64,000 nucleotides of DNA from a virus (IMGVR_UViG_3300037419_002082:38216-102215), one strand, 5' to 3'; positions 40,658 through 50,865 are shown, counted from the stretch's first letter. Notes: generated by a model not told the origin, from the sequence alone. A program made the numbers and translations.

Positions 40658-40985
40658 AATATTTGAAATTATGTATCAATAGTGGCTAATGTGTGATATA
40701 ATGAAAAATAAAAGGGAGTTTTAAATATGAATTTATGGATTAGTATTCAATTAACAATTTTATTTTTCGTTTTATTACCATTATGCCACTATTGGGTATT
40801 TATTAAAGACCCAAAGGAGAATGAGGATGGACAATCAAAAACTGCTAAATATAATGCTAGGAATAAAAAATGATTTAAAATCTGCATATACTTGCTATGC
40901 TTCTAATAATAAAGATACCCATATAAAGGCAGCAAATGGTAAAATAGATGTACTAATAGAATTATTAAAGAAATGAGGAAATGTA

Positions 40986-41789
40986 ATGCCTGAAGGACCG
41001 GAAGTTCTGACGACAGTAAAAGATTTAAAAGAAGTAGTTGGACAATCAGTGTCATTTAATAAGCTATTAGATGATAGAGTTTTTAAAACTCCATTCTATA
41101 ATATGGCTGGTAAAGACATTGTTATTGAAAGCATTAATGCTTATGGAAAATATATTGTAATTAAATTTAGTAAATATGCTATGATAGTTCATTTAGGCAT
41201 GGCAGGAAAATTAATTATAGACGATGGAAAGTATGAAATGCCTAAGCATTGTTCTTGGTTTATTCATTTAACTAATGGAAAGCAATTAAGATATGTTGAT
41301 TTCCGCTACTTTGGTAATACATGGCATATGAGTTATGAAGATTGCATGAAATATATTCACTCCCATGTTGGACCAGAAATATTTGATATAAATGCAGAAA
41401 CATTTATTATGCTAACAAAGCAGCCTAAATATCGCAATAAGATTTTAAAAGACCAGCTAATGAATCAAAAATACATTGCTGGAGTAGGAAATATTTATGC
41501 TTCAGAAATATGCTATGAGGCATTTATAAGCCCACATAAACTTATCCATGAATTAACAGATAAGCAAATTGAGCATATATTTTATGCTACTAAAAAAGTA
41601 TTAGAAAGAGCAATTAAAAATAATGGAACTACATTCCGAGATTATAGAAATGCTAAAAACCAAAAAGGTAATAATCAGCATTTCTTAAAAGCATATAAAC
41701 AACTAGAATGCAAACGTTGTAATACACCTATGACAAAAGAAAAAATTAAGGATAGAATGACATATTGGTGCTCTAGTTGCCAAAAATAA
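40986..41789 (+). CDS. mutM: Fpg/Nei-family DNA glycosylase/AP lyase
   Basis: MPEGPEV N-terminus, HLGMAG, D.R.FG, AGVGNIYASE (H2TH) and a C-terminal zinc finger. Confidence 0.93.
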   Translation: MPEGPEVLTTVKDLKEVVGQSVSFNKLLDDRVFKTPFYNMAGKDIVIESINAYGKYIVIKFSKYAMIVHLGMAGKLIIDDGKYEMPKHCSWFIHLTNGKQLRYVDFRYFGNTWHMSYEDCMKYIHSHVGPEIFDINAETFIMLTKQPKYRNKILKDQLMNQKYIAGVGNIYASEICYEAFISPHKLIHELTDKQIEHIFYATKKVLERAIKNNGTTFRDYRNAKNQKGNNQHFLKAYKQLECKRCNTPMTKEKIKDRMTYWCSSCQK

Positions 41790-41803
41790 GAGGTGAAAGG
41801 ATA

Positions 41804-42139
41804 ATGGAAAAAGGTCAAGTAATCAAAACAACTAATGGCATAAAAATTGGTGATTGGATTTATTTAAAAGAAAATACAGGTTTTTTTTATAAAGGTTATG
41901 TAACTAGAATACTTGGCCAGACAGAATTGAGCATGTTTTGCATAGGCTATTGGGACAAGAAAAAGAAATATTTAACGGAATATAAAGAATATGGTAGAGT
42001 TTCTACTAATACCTATAGCTATCAAGTTTTAAAAGAAAAAGAAAACTTAATTATGCATCACATTGAAGATAAAAGACATTTAATTGATTTAGCATTAATG
42101 ACTGGAGATAAAGATTGGTTTGGGGAGTTGGTAAATTAA
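41804..42139 (+). CDS. IDEAL-domain protein
   Basis: C-terminal LIDLALMTGDKDWF.EL. Confidence 0.75.
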   Translation: MEKGQVIKTTNGIKIGDWIYLKENTGFFYKGYVTRILGQTELSMFCIGYWDKKKKYLTEYKEYGRVSTNTYSYQVLKEKENLIMHHIEDKRHLIDLALMTGDKDWFGELVN

Positions 42140-42534
42140 TGAAAAAGAAAATTGCATTATTTATTTTAGGTGTTATGTCCATTATTTCTATGGTGGGCTG
42201 TACTTCTGAAGCTGATACGGTTTCTGAAAACTTATCAAAATCGGCAGATTCTTTTCAAGTACAAAGAAGAATTATATTCTACAATGCAATTACAGATAAA
42301 TACATGTTTACTGTCGAAGGTCTATGTTCACTTAATACTGATAGTGTAAAGAAATTAACTGTTACTTGTAAAGTTGGAGAAAGTCAATACAAGAAGCATT
42401 ATCTTGGATTAGCTGATAATGTAACCTACTTTGCAGAACAGACAGATGCTAAGTATGAAGATGCCTACCATTACAAAGTGTTATTCCGCCCAGAAGAAAT
42501 TATTCCAGATATTGACCTTCAAACAAGCAAATAA
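42139..42534 (+). CDS. Phage lipoprotein
   Basis: Basic N-terminus, hydrophobic stretch and lipobox MVGC. Confidence 0.8.
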   Translation: MKKKIALFILGVMSIISMVGCTSEADTVSENLSKSADSFQVQRRIIFYNAITDKYMFTVEGLCSLNTDSVKKLTVTCKVGESQYKKHYLGLADNVTYFAEQTDAKYEDAYHYKVLFRPEEIIPDIDLQTSK

Positions 42535-42588
42535 GAATATAAAAGAGAGCCATTACGGCTCTCTTTCTTTTTGTGGTGATTACAATGT

Positions 42589-42888
42589 TTAATGCTGAAG
42601 GTTGTTCTGTAAAGCATCGTTTAAATCATTCTGAGCTTCCTGAGAATACTCTTGGAAGTTCAAATTTGTTTGGTTAGTAGCTTGACCAGCGAGTTGTTGT
42701 TGGGCCATTTCAATAAGTCGCTTAGTCATTGCTCCACCAACCATACCATTAATTCTAGATGGAAGTGCGCCTTTATCTATGTTATCGTAGTCTTGAATTC
42801 CTAATTCTGCTGCAATCTCAAGTTTCATTTGATTTAAAGCATCAGATACACCAGGAACCACTAATTTGTTAGAACGACGATTTGCCAT
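42589..42888 (-). CDS. Alpha/beta-type small acid-soluble spore protein with a Q/N-rich extension
   Basis: NKLVVPG..AL.QMKLEIA.ELG and SR.NG.VGG.MTKRL..AQQQL motifs. Confidence 0.92.
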   Translation of the reverse strand: MANRRSNKLVVPGVSDALNQMKLEIAAELGIQDYDNIDKGALPSRINGMVGGAMTKRLIEMAQQQLAGQATNQTNLNFQEYSQEAQNDLNDALQNNLQH

Positions 42889-43118
42889 ATATAAATCACT
42901 CCTTCTAATTTAATGGGAATCATTTAGGGATTTAAAATAAATCTCTATTTGATTCTTTTATATTATATCTCGATAGTTAAAATGTTATTACCCCTCAAAA
43001 TTTTCTATTTTTAGAAAAATTTATATAAGTGTTAAACAAATGTTTCTATTTTGTTTATCATGGTAATATAATAATATTAAGAAAATTAAATAAATTATAT
43101 GAAGAAAGGAGAAATAAG

Positions 43119-43397
43119 ATGAGTAATTATCAATTTGTAAATGTTAGATTTAATTTGGATAAGGATGAAGAAAAAACATTATTTAATAAATTAAATCCAA
43201 AAAATAGGGCAGGAAATATTAAAATTATATTAAAACAGTTCTTTCTATTGAATGATGAAAATCTAATGAAGAAAGTCGAATTAAAAGAGATTATTCGTGA
43301 AATTATGGATAATGAGATGGACATAAGAAAAGAGAAAAAGATTCAGCCATCAGTTAATAAGAATAAAAAGATAACTATAATTAAGGGAGATGAATAA
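43119..43397 (+). CDS. Ribbon-helix-helix-like DNA-binding protein (ParR-like)
   Basis: VNVRF strand followed by two helices (NRAGNIKIIL); first gene of the 43.1-47.3 kb operon. Confidence 0.45.
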   Translation: MSNYQFVNVRFNLDKDEEKTLFNKLNPKNRAGNIKIILKQFFLLNDENLMKKVELKEIIREIMDNEMDIRKEKKIQPSVNKNKKITIIKGDE

Positions 43398-43399
43398 CA

Positions 43400-44830
43400 A
43401 ATGGGTTTTGCAGCTAGAAAGCTTCTCCAAATGGGTATTAAAGTTGTGAAAGAATCTCCAGATTTTGGCAATCCAATTACAGTTGATACTACAGAATTTG
43501 CAGTAACTATTGGAAAAGGCGCATTTCATATTTTAAAGGAAGTGTTATTCTAATGTGGGGCAGCCTATCCAGAGCAGATGATTTAATTGCAATAGTCAAA
43601 GGAACAACATCCCTCAAAGAACTCGTATCCCTTCGCACCTATTTATCTAATCCAGAAAACACTGCATTATTGAGAGATGGCACAGTCCATCAAGCTCTAT
43701 TAGAAATCCCAAAACAAATTCATAAAGTTGTAGCAGCTGACCCTCTTAAAGTATTATCCGAAATTGCAGAGTTTATATTTTAACATCAAGAGGAGAGATG
43801 ATTATGCCTTATGGTAAAATGGCAGAATTTTTATTTAAACGTATTGGCGGTAAATTAGAAAAAATGGAAGGTGTTAGCAGCCATGAAGAAATGGCAGATA
43901 TTATGGAAGATTTAGATGATTATTTAAGCACACTTAAAGAAATAGTAATGGAGGTAATTAAGCCATGAGAGTTTGGTATATGAAAAAATTGTTAAAGTAC
44001 CTAAATCTCAATTTCAAAAGCGTTACTAATGGCGATACAACAATCTGGGTTATGAAAGATAAAGCTGTTGCATTATTTGATAATGATGGTTTAGAAATTC
44101 TATGGGATATTTTTAAAGAAGGAGTGTTGAGGCCATAATGATTAAAACAATTATTATCGGATGCTACATTTGCCATAAGATTTATTGGAAAAGAACACAT
44201 AAAGAGAGAACTATTAAATGGACTAAATTCTTTCCAGAGGTAAAAGAGAATGCAAATTAAATTCTTTCTATATATATTAATGAAGAAAAAAGAAAAACAG
44301 CCAATTGAATCTGAAATGGAACAATTATTAAAAGATACAAATTATACTCCATTAGAGGAGTGGAAGCATAATGTTCAGGATTCTAAGGACAATAGTAAAG
44401 ACGGCATCGAAAGAGATGGCGAAGAACCGGAAGTTATCACCTGGAGACTACCAATATGAGGCACTAATCCCCAAATTTAACCCTAATGCAAAATTATTCC
44501 AAAACTCCAATTTTCCACAATTGAGGGGCTCAGATGAATTATGGCCCCTTGTAAAATCCGCTATTAAAAATAAAAACAAAGAAAATGCAATGAAGATTGT
44601 AGAACATATTAAATACTTTGATGTAGGAAAAATTAATAGTTATGGCATAATATTAAAAACACTAAAAAAAGCCTTTAGGGAAATAGACGTCACAGATTTG
44701 CTTTAGGAGGCTTATTATGATTAGCTTTATAATTTCTGTTTTAGGCTTTGCAGCCGGAATTTATCAAGGTTATCAATGGGGATTTGTTAAAGGATATCAG
44801 CAAAAGGAAGACGATGACAAAAAAATTGAA
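43400..44830 (+). CDS. Run of about 7 small hypothetical genes (for example 43553-43783 and 44371-44706)
   Basis: Closely coupled short ORFs with RBSs and amphipathic helices; several are under 60 aa. Confidence 0.45.
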
Positions 44831-44847
44831 TCATGGAGGTAAACAAC

Positions 44848-45036
44848 ATGTTTGGTGAAATCATCTTAGTATCCGGAGTGGTTCTATTTTCTTCTATCGT
44901 TGAAAAAATTCTAGAGGAAATGGGAAAGGAAAGTACAGCAACATATGTTGGATTAGCAACTAAATGCGGTTTAGGAATTTATGCTATAAAACAGATAAAT
45001 GAAGTAGTAAAAGAAGCTGTAAAAGATTTTATGTGA
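44848..45036 (+). CDS. SpoIIIAC/AD-like small membrane protein
   Basis: Helix-EKILEEMGKE-helix pattern resembling SpoIIIAC. Confidence 0.45.
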   Translation: MFGEIILVSGVVLFSSIVEKILEEMGKESTATYVGLATKCGLGIYAIKQINEVVKEAVKDFM

Positions 45037-45049
45037 GAGGGGTATACAA

Positions 45050-46510
45050 ATGGATTTGTTTGACATCTTAGTTGATGCAGCATTAGAGGGTTGGGATGAA
45101 GGTAAAGAAGTTTTTGGAAAGTCATGGAAGTATATTGGAGCAGCGGCATCTTCACTAACCGCTGTTTCCCTTTCTAAAAATATTTTAAGGCAAAAATTTT
45201 ACTGGGAGTATTTAGATTATATAATGCCAGATATTTATCCAGCAAAAGATTTAACAAAGCATGTTTGGATTAGTGGAGCTATGGGCTCTGGTAAATCTAA
45301 TAAGCTTAGACGTATATTTGTAAATTCATTTGTCAAAAAAGGTTGGGGAGGAATTTACATTGATACTCACGGCACTGCTGATATTATCCTACAATCTATA
45401 CCGCCGAATCGTTGGAAAGATGTAATTTATATTGCACCTTGGATGGGAAAAGTATATGGTATTAATGTATTACAAAGGCACTCTGATGAGCCAGGAGAAA
45501 TAGATAAAATAGCAGAAGATGTTGTAGATGTATTCAGCAAAATGTATCCTAGAGCATGGGGAGATAAAATTGCTAATTGTATAAGATTTGCAACAAAGGC
45601 AGTTTTAATAGCAGAAGAAAGCGTTCCAGAGTATAATAATCCAACTTTAATGGATGTTTATAAAATGTTAAAAGACCCAATATTTAGGGAATATATTAAG
45701 GATAAAGTAGATAATGAGATAATTAGTGATTTTTTTGAGGCTTTAAAAGCAACTACTGCAGTAGATAAACTTTCTAATCCATTATCTTCTGAAAATGTAA
45801 TGTTGTTTCTATGCCAGAAAGATGGTATAAATATTTTAGAGGCAATGAATCAAAAGAAAATTATTATTGCAAATTTAGATAATAATCACTTATCCAATAA
45901 CGGTAATTTATTGGCAGCAATGTTAATCTCTACAATAGCAAAATGCGCAGCAAAAAGAAAAGAAGATAATGAAAAAGAGAGCCCATACTTTGCATTAGCT
46001 ATGGATGAATTTCATGAATATGCCAATAAACATATAGCAACTATAATATCTCAAATGAGAAAAAAGCATGTATGTGTATTGTTAGCAAATCAATATAGAG
46101 ACCAAACTCCACAAAAAGAAATTCAATCCGCAATATCAATGTGTCAATTTAAATTTATCCATGCTCCAGCTCAAGCAGATATAAAATATGTAGTTAGAGA
46201 ATATAGAACATTTTTGGAGGAGGATGAAATAGTAAAAATGCCTTTCTTCCATTGCATTCAAGATGAGCATAAAACTGGAAAGGAAAGAAAGCCTTATATT
46301 GCACCTACTCCAAAATTTAGAGGAGATTATGATTGGGAATATGTACACAAATTAAAGTTTGCATCATTACACTTTGCACCTTATAGATATAAACTAATTG
46401 CAGAAATAAATAAAATAAAAGAAGTAAAAACAATAGATAAAGATGATACAATCCCAACTGGTGAAATAATATTACCTGAAGGCGGTTTGCCATATGAACC
46501 CGAATTTTGA
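45050..46510 (+). CDS. VirD4/TraD/HerA-like coupling ATPase
   Basis: HVWISGAMGSGKS, IDTHG, AMDEFH and RKK...LLANQY..Q motifs. Confidence 0.8.
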   Translation: MDLFDILVDAALEGWDEGKEVFGKSWKYIGAAASSLTAVSLSKNILRQKFYWEYLDYIMPDIYPAKDLTKHVWISGAMGSGKSNKLRRIFVNSFVKKGWGGIYIDTHGTADIILQSIPPNRWKDVIYIAPWMGKVYGINVLQRHSDEPGEIDKIAEDVVDVFSKMYPRAWGDKIANCIRFATKAVLIAEESVPEYNNPTLMDVYKMLKDPIFREYIKDKVDNEIISDFFEALKATTAVDKLSNPLSSENVMLFLCQKDGINILEAMNQKKIIIANLDNNHLSNNGNLLAAMLISTIAKCAAKRKEDNEKESPYFALAMDEFHEYANKHIATIISQMRKKHVCVLLANQYRDQTPQKEIQSAISMCQFKFIHAPAQADIKYVVREYRTFLEEDEIVKMPFFHCIQDEHKTGKERKPYIAPTPKFRGDYDWEYVHKLKFASLHFAPYRYKLIAEINKIKEVKTIDKDDTIPTGEIILPEGGLPYEPEF

Positions 46511-47306
46511 TGGCATTGTTTGGTTAGCAGGCCATTTTGGTATTGTTATTAGAGAACAAGTAGAAGAATTAATATATCGCAATAAATATTCTTTTATATC
46601 TGCAAATAGAACATTATCTAAATTGGAAAAAGAATTAAGGTTATTAAAAAGAGTTGACCGCGGTAAAAGAAAAACAGATGGATATAAACTTACAAATGAT
46701 GGTGCCAAATACTTTAGAAGGCATTTTGGATACGAACCAAAGATGTATAATTCTGGAGATAAATTGAATCACTCAATTAATATCCTCAATTTCTACGTCC
46801 ATATAATAAACGATATGAAGATAAAGGGTTTGATTCAAAATGAATATAATATAATAGAAGAAAAAAGAAAAATTGTATATAGAGTTCAAAAGCAATTAAA
46901 GTTTGTAGATAAAAAAGACAATATAAAAATTGTAGAACCTGATGCATTTTTAATTTATTATCGTTTTCAAGGAAATAGAGCTAGGATATGTTGGGTGGAG
47001 ATTGAAAACTCAGAAAGAAAGGCTGTCTATGTTGCCAAGAAGACACTAGATAATTATGAGAATTATTTCCTATCTGGAGAATGGAAGAAAGAATCATGGC
47101 AGCCTAAAGCTGTTAAAGTATTTCCATATATATTAATAGTTGCATATTCTGATTTTAAAGCAAGAGAATTAATTAAGGAATTTAAAAAGAGGCAGAAAAT
47201 AGAACATATACAGTATTTCTTTAGTGATTATAGAACTTTAAAAGAAAATGGAATATCTGGAGAAGTATGGAAAAATATTAATGGACAGAAGATTTCTATT
47301 TTTTAA
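46494..47306 (+). CDS. Replication-relaxation (Replic_Relax) family protein
   Basis: N-terminal wHTH (YKLTNDG), H, EPDA, WVEIE and FP.IL motifs; follows the ATPase. Confidence 0.75.
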   Translation: MNPNFDGIVWLAGHFGIVIREQVEELIYRNKYSFISANRTLSKLEKELRLLKRVDRGKRKTDGYKLTNDGAKYFRRHFGYEPKMYNSGDKLNHSINILNFYVHIINDMKIKGLIQNEYNIIEEKRKIVYRVQKQLKFVDKKDNIKIVEPDAFLIYYRFQGNRARICWVEIENSERKAVYVAKKTLDNYENYFLSGEWKKESWQPKAVKVFPYILIVAYSDFKARELIKEFKKRQKIEHIQYFFSDYRTLKENGISGEVWKNINGQKISIF

Positions 47307-47392
47307 GAAATCTTCTTTTTTTTGTATTATAATGTTATATAATAAGATTATGAAATCATTATATGAAGAAATAAATTTAAGGAGGAAATAAA

Positions 47393-47530
47393 ATGCCGCA
47401 ATGGTTACAAGATGGATTAAGAAAAGGTTTTAGGGAAAAAAATATATTTGTAATTAGAGCACATCAAATTGCGTGGAAAAAAATATTAGAACATAAAACA
47501 AAAAGAAAAGGGTGGGAGTGGAAATTATGA
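47393..47530 (+). CDS. cmpA: CmpA-like sporulation microprotein (45 aa, not in the ORF track)
   Basis: MPQWLQDGLRKGFREKNIFVIRAHQIAW aligns without gaps to B. subtilis CmpA as recalled (MPNWLKKQMQKAFLEKDNYQIKLLNQCW); AAGGAGG RBS. Confidence 0.65.
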   Translation: MPQWLQDGLRKGFREKNIFVIRAHQIAWKKILEHKTKRKGWEWKL

Positions 47531-48366
47531 TTGAAGTACCATACTTAGATGAATATCTAAAACATATGAAAAATATTAAATTAGCTAGTAAATACACATT
47601 AACAAATTATCCAATTCACTTGAGAGATTTTTTTGAGTTTAGCGAAGGAAGATTTAATGTTACTGCTCCAACAATTAATAATAAGTATGTTTCTTATTTA
47701 ATTGAAACTAAAAAGTTTGCTAGAACTACAATTAATGCTAAACTATCTGCATTACGTTCTTATTTCCATTTCCTATTTGACGAAGAAATAATTGATAGAA
47801 ATATTGCAGAAAAGATTAATTTAATTGAGGAAGAGGAAAAAGAACAAAAAAATGTTTTATCTCAAAAACAAGTATTTGCTTTCTTGGATAAGGTAGATGA
47901 TGTAAGGGATAGAGCATTATTAGAAACTCTTTATTCTACAGGAATCCGCGAAGGAGAATTATCCAATTTAAATATTGAACATATTAATTTTGAAAATGGA
48001 TTAATTACAATATTAAAAGGTAAAGGTAAACGTGGTGGTAAGACAAGAGTAATTCCAATTAGTAAGACTGCATTAAAATGGATTAAAGCCCATATTGGTG
48101 CTAGAAAATCTGGTCCATTATTTTTAAATAATCGTGCTGAAAGATTAGGAGAGAGAAGTATTTATAATATTGTTACAAAACATTTTCCTTGTTCACCGCA
48201 TGATTTAAGACATTCATTTGCTACTCACATGATAAAGAAAACTGGAAACATGAAAGGTGTTTCACAAATGCTAGGCCATAGCAGTACTAGAATGACAGAG
48301 CAAATTTATACTCATTTAGATGCAGATGATTTAAAAGATATTTATGGAACAAATATGGATAGATAA
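47527..48366 (+). CDS. XerC/D-like tyrosine recombinase
   Basis: TGIREGEL, KGK..KTR, HDLRHSFAT, LGH and IYTH catalytic residues; SAM-like N-terminal domain. Confidence 0.92.
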   Translation: MIEVPYLDEYLKHMKNIKLASKYTLTNYPIHLRDFFEFSEGRFNVTAPTINNKYVSYLIETKKFARTTINAKLSALRSYFHFLFDEEIIDRNIAEKINLIEEEEKEQKNVLSQKQVFAFLDKVDDVRDRALLETLYSTGIREGELSNLNIEHINFENGLITILKGKGKRGGKTRVIPISKTALKWIKAHIGARKSGPLFLNNRAERLGERSIYNIVTKHFPCSPHDLRHSFATHMIKKTGNMKGVSQMLGHSSTRMTEQIYTHLDADDLKDIYGTNMDR

Positions 48367-48441
48367 AAATTTTAAACAAATTGTTTTTACTTCAGTTTCT
48401 CTTTGTAATATAATAAGATTATAGAAATAAGAGAAAGAGAG

Positions 48442-48780
48442 GTGATAATCTTGAAGAAAGAATTAAAAAAATTCTTGGATAAAGAAGATACTCGGTTGCT
48501 TTATGATTTTAGATGGGCGCCTAATAGTGGTAATGAATTTTTAGAGTTTATGAAATTAGTTAGGGAAGAATTAAATTACACACCAGAATATGATTTTATC
48601 CGCATGATTAATCATAAAACTGGTGAAGTAAAACAATGTGATGCTACAGAAGAAGGTTATAACGCTTTATGTACTATACTTACATTTGATGAACCCTATT
48701 TAGAAAGTGTTAAGTTTGAAGGTAATAAAAATTATGTTGAAAGATTAAATAAGTTAAAACAAAATTTTCAAGAAATATGA
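48442..48780 (+). CDS. Hypothetical protein
   Basis: ORF with a promoter and RBS. Confidence 0.5.
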   Translation: MIILKKELKKFLDKEDTRLLYDFRWAPNSGNEFLEFMKLVREELNYTPEYDFIRMINHKTGEVKQCDATEEGYNALCTILTFDEPYLESVKFEGNKNYVERLNKLKQNFQEI

Positions 48781-48868
48781 AATAAGTGTATTAAGATGGC
48801 CGATTTGGTGATATAATATTATCAGATAAGAAAAAATAATAAGTTTTAATTCTAAGGAGGAATTTATA

Positions 48869-49702
48869 ATGGCAAAGAAAAATGCTAATAAAGAAATCGA
48901 AAAGGATTTATTTGCTGCACCGGTTGAAAATAAAATTGAGGAGGAAGTTAAAATGGAAGAAATTAAAAATACTGAGGTAGTTGCTCCGGTTGAAGAAGAA
49001 AAAGAAATGGAAATGGAACTTGATGGCAGCGAAATGGAAATGGAACTTGATGGTGAAGAAATCCAAAATGATATGGAAGAATTAGTCGCTGAGAAAGTTA
49101 AAAAAGAAGAAAAGGAAAATAAAGAGCAAAAATCTAAAAGAGGTCCTAAACCTGGTAATAAGAAAGAAGATGCATCTCCTGAAGGTGAAACTAAACCTGA
49201 AAAGAAAGAAAAGGCTTTAAACCTTGCTGATAAAAATATTGTTCAACGGGAAATCAAAAAAGGTCGCTTGGCTGCTCCACAAGGAAGAATTGAAAAAACT
49301 GAAGCTGGCGATTATATTATGAAATTAGCTCCAGGAGTAATCTTCCCACAAGATGCCAAAGGTAATTTCCTAGATGTTGATAAAATTGCCAAAATGAACG
49401 ACGGTAAATACGTATTAACAATGGCAGCAGCAACCGGTTTAAATACTGATAAATTCAAGGCCGTTCATGAAAATGGTGAAGAGGTTGAACATGATTATGT
49501 AAGAGTTGAACTTCATAAACCTGGCCGAGATAAAGATGTTGTTGAATTATTCACAGTAACAGAAGCTAAAAACTATTTGAAAATTCAAGATGCTAAGTCC
49601 GCTAAAAAAGCTGAAGAGCAAAAGAAGAAAGAAGAAAAGGCTGTTAAAGAAAAGGCTGAAAAAGAAGCAAAAGAAAAGAAAGAAGCAGAACAAACAGCTT
49701 AA
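48869..49702 (+). CDS. Highly charged (E/K-rich) protein
   Basis: Strong RBS, 27-bp tandem duplication encoding EMEMELDG, AT-hook-like KRGPKP, followed by a terminator. Confidence 0.7.
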   Translation: MAKKNANKEIEKDLFAAPVENKIEEEVKMEEIKNTEVVAPVEEEKEMEMELDGSEMEMELDGEEIQNDMEELVAEKVKKEEKENKEQKSKRGPKPGNKKEDASPEGETKPEKKEKALNLADKNIVQREIKKGRLAAPQGRIEKTEAGDYIMKLAPGVIFPQDAKGNFLDVDKIAKMNDGKYVLTMAAATGLNTDKFKAVHENGEEVEHDYVRVELHKPGRDKDVVELFTVTEAKNYLKIQDAKSAKKAEEQKKKEEKAVKEKAEKEAKEKKEAEQTA

Positions 49703-49759
49703 TATGAAAGAGGGGTTAGGCGAAAGTCTAGCCTCTTTTCTATAAGGAGGGAATACAAC

Positions 49760-50488
49760 ATGGCTTTCAACATAACAATAAATAAAGATGAAAAAGAAAA
49801 GTTTTTAAAAATTATGGCATTATATCCGGATTATATGTATGTTAATGGTATAGCAGATGAAGAACATTATAATCTAATATTTCTTGGAGAAGATATTGAA
49901 AAGGATTGTCTACTTCAAGAAGCTTTAATGGAACATTTAGATACAGTAACTATTGAAGAAAACGTCGGAGGGTAATATGTTAGATTGGTTGGCAAATATA
50001 GCTATTGTAGTTTTTGGTATTTTGGTTATTATTTTAGGTGTACTATTCTTTTATATGGGAGGGTTTTTGGGGATATGAGCGAAATGGAATTTATTGAATT
50101 TAGCGATAAGAAAATTGTCGGTGCATATGAAAAGCCACTTACAGAAAGTGATGTAGATGCTATCATTAGTACTGCCTTAGAAGGTGGCATTGGTTATTGG
50201 GCAAGATTAGATACATCTACTCCAGGTTGGGAAGATAAGCCAGATAATAATTTTACTTCTGAATGGGTAACAAAAATGCTTCTTGAAGGTAGAGAAGTAA
50301 AATTTGAAGATGCAGAAGATGAAGAAGAAGATTGCAGTGAATGGGTTTTAACATTAGAAAAATTAATTAAAGGAATTAATTTAAATACTAAAAATCGTGA
50401 TTGGGATTGTGATATAGATAACGGCGATGCTACAACAATGGATTGCATAATTCAATATGCTCTATTTGGAGAAGTAGTATATGGATAA
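49760..50488 (+). CDS. Two or three small acidic hypothetical genes (49760-49975, 50075-50488)
   Basis: ORFs with RBSs; ALEGGIGYW...IIQYALFGEVVYG. Confidence 0.55.
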
Positions 50489-50508
50489 AAAGAGGGCTAA
50501 TGCCCTCT

Positions 50509-50865
50509 TTATTTGCGTTCAGGAATTAATTTTAAAAGTGCTAATCCAAGGTCTGCTGTATGAGTCATAGTATGATGATTAGGGCAAAGAACAGATAAAT
50601 TAGTAGACCTGCTATCTTTGGATAAGTCATGTCCATCCCAAAATAAAAATCCATTTCGTTTTGCTTCTTCCAGAAATTGTGTAATATCTTGTTTCTGTTT
50701 TACCATTTTACGTAAAGTATTTTCATAATAAGTGTGTTTGTTATAATCTACATGATGCACTTCTACTAAAGAGAATCCACAAATTTCACATTTATTACCG
50801 TAGGAATTTAGTCCTATATCTCTGTAATTATCTTCCAATTGTAACACCTCCTTTTTTATTATCAT
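50509..50865 (-). CDS. HNH endonuclease
   Basis: CEICG...EVHH...NLSVLCPNHH. Confidence 0.8.
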   Translation of the reverse strand: MIIKKEVLQLEDNYRDIGLNSYGNKCEICGFSLVEVHHVDYNKHTYYENTLRKMVKQKQDITQFLEEAKRNGFLFWDGHDLSKDSRSTNLSVLCPNHHTMTHTADLGLALLKLIPERK

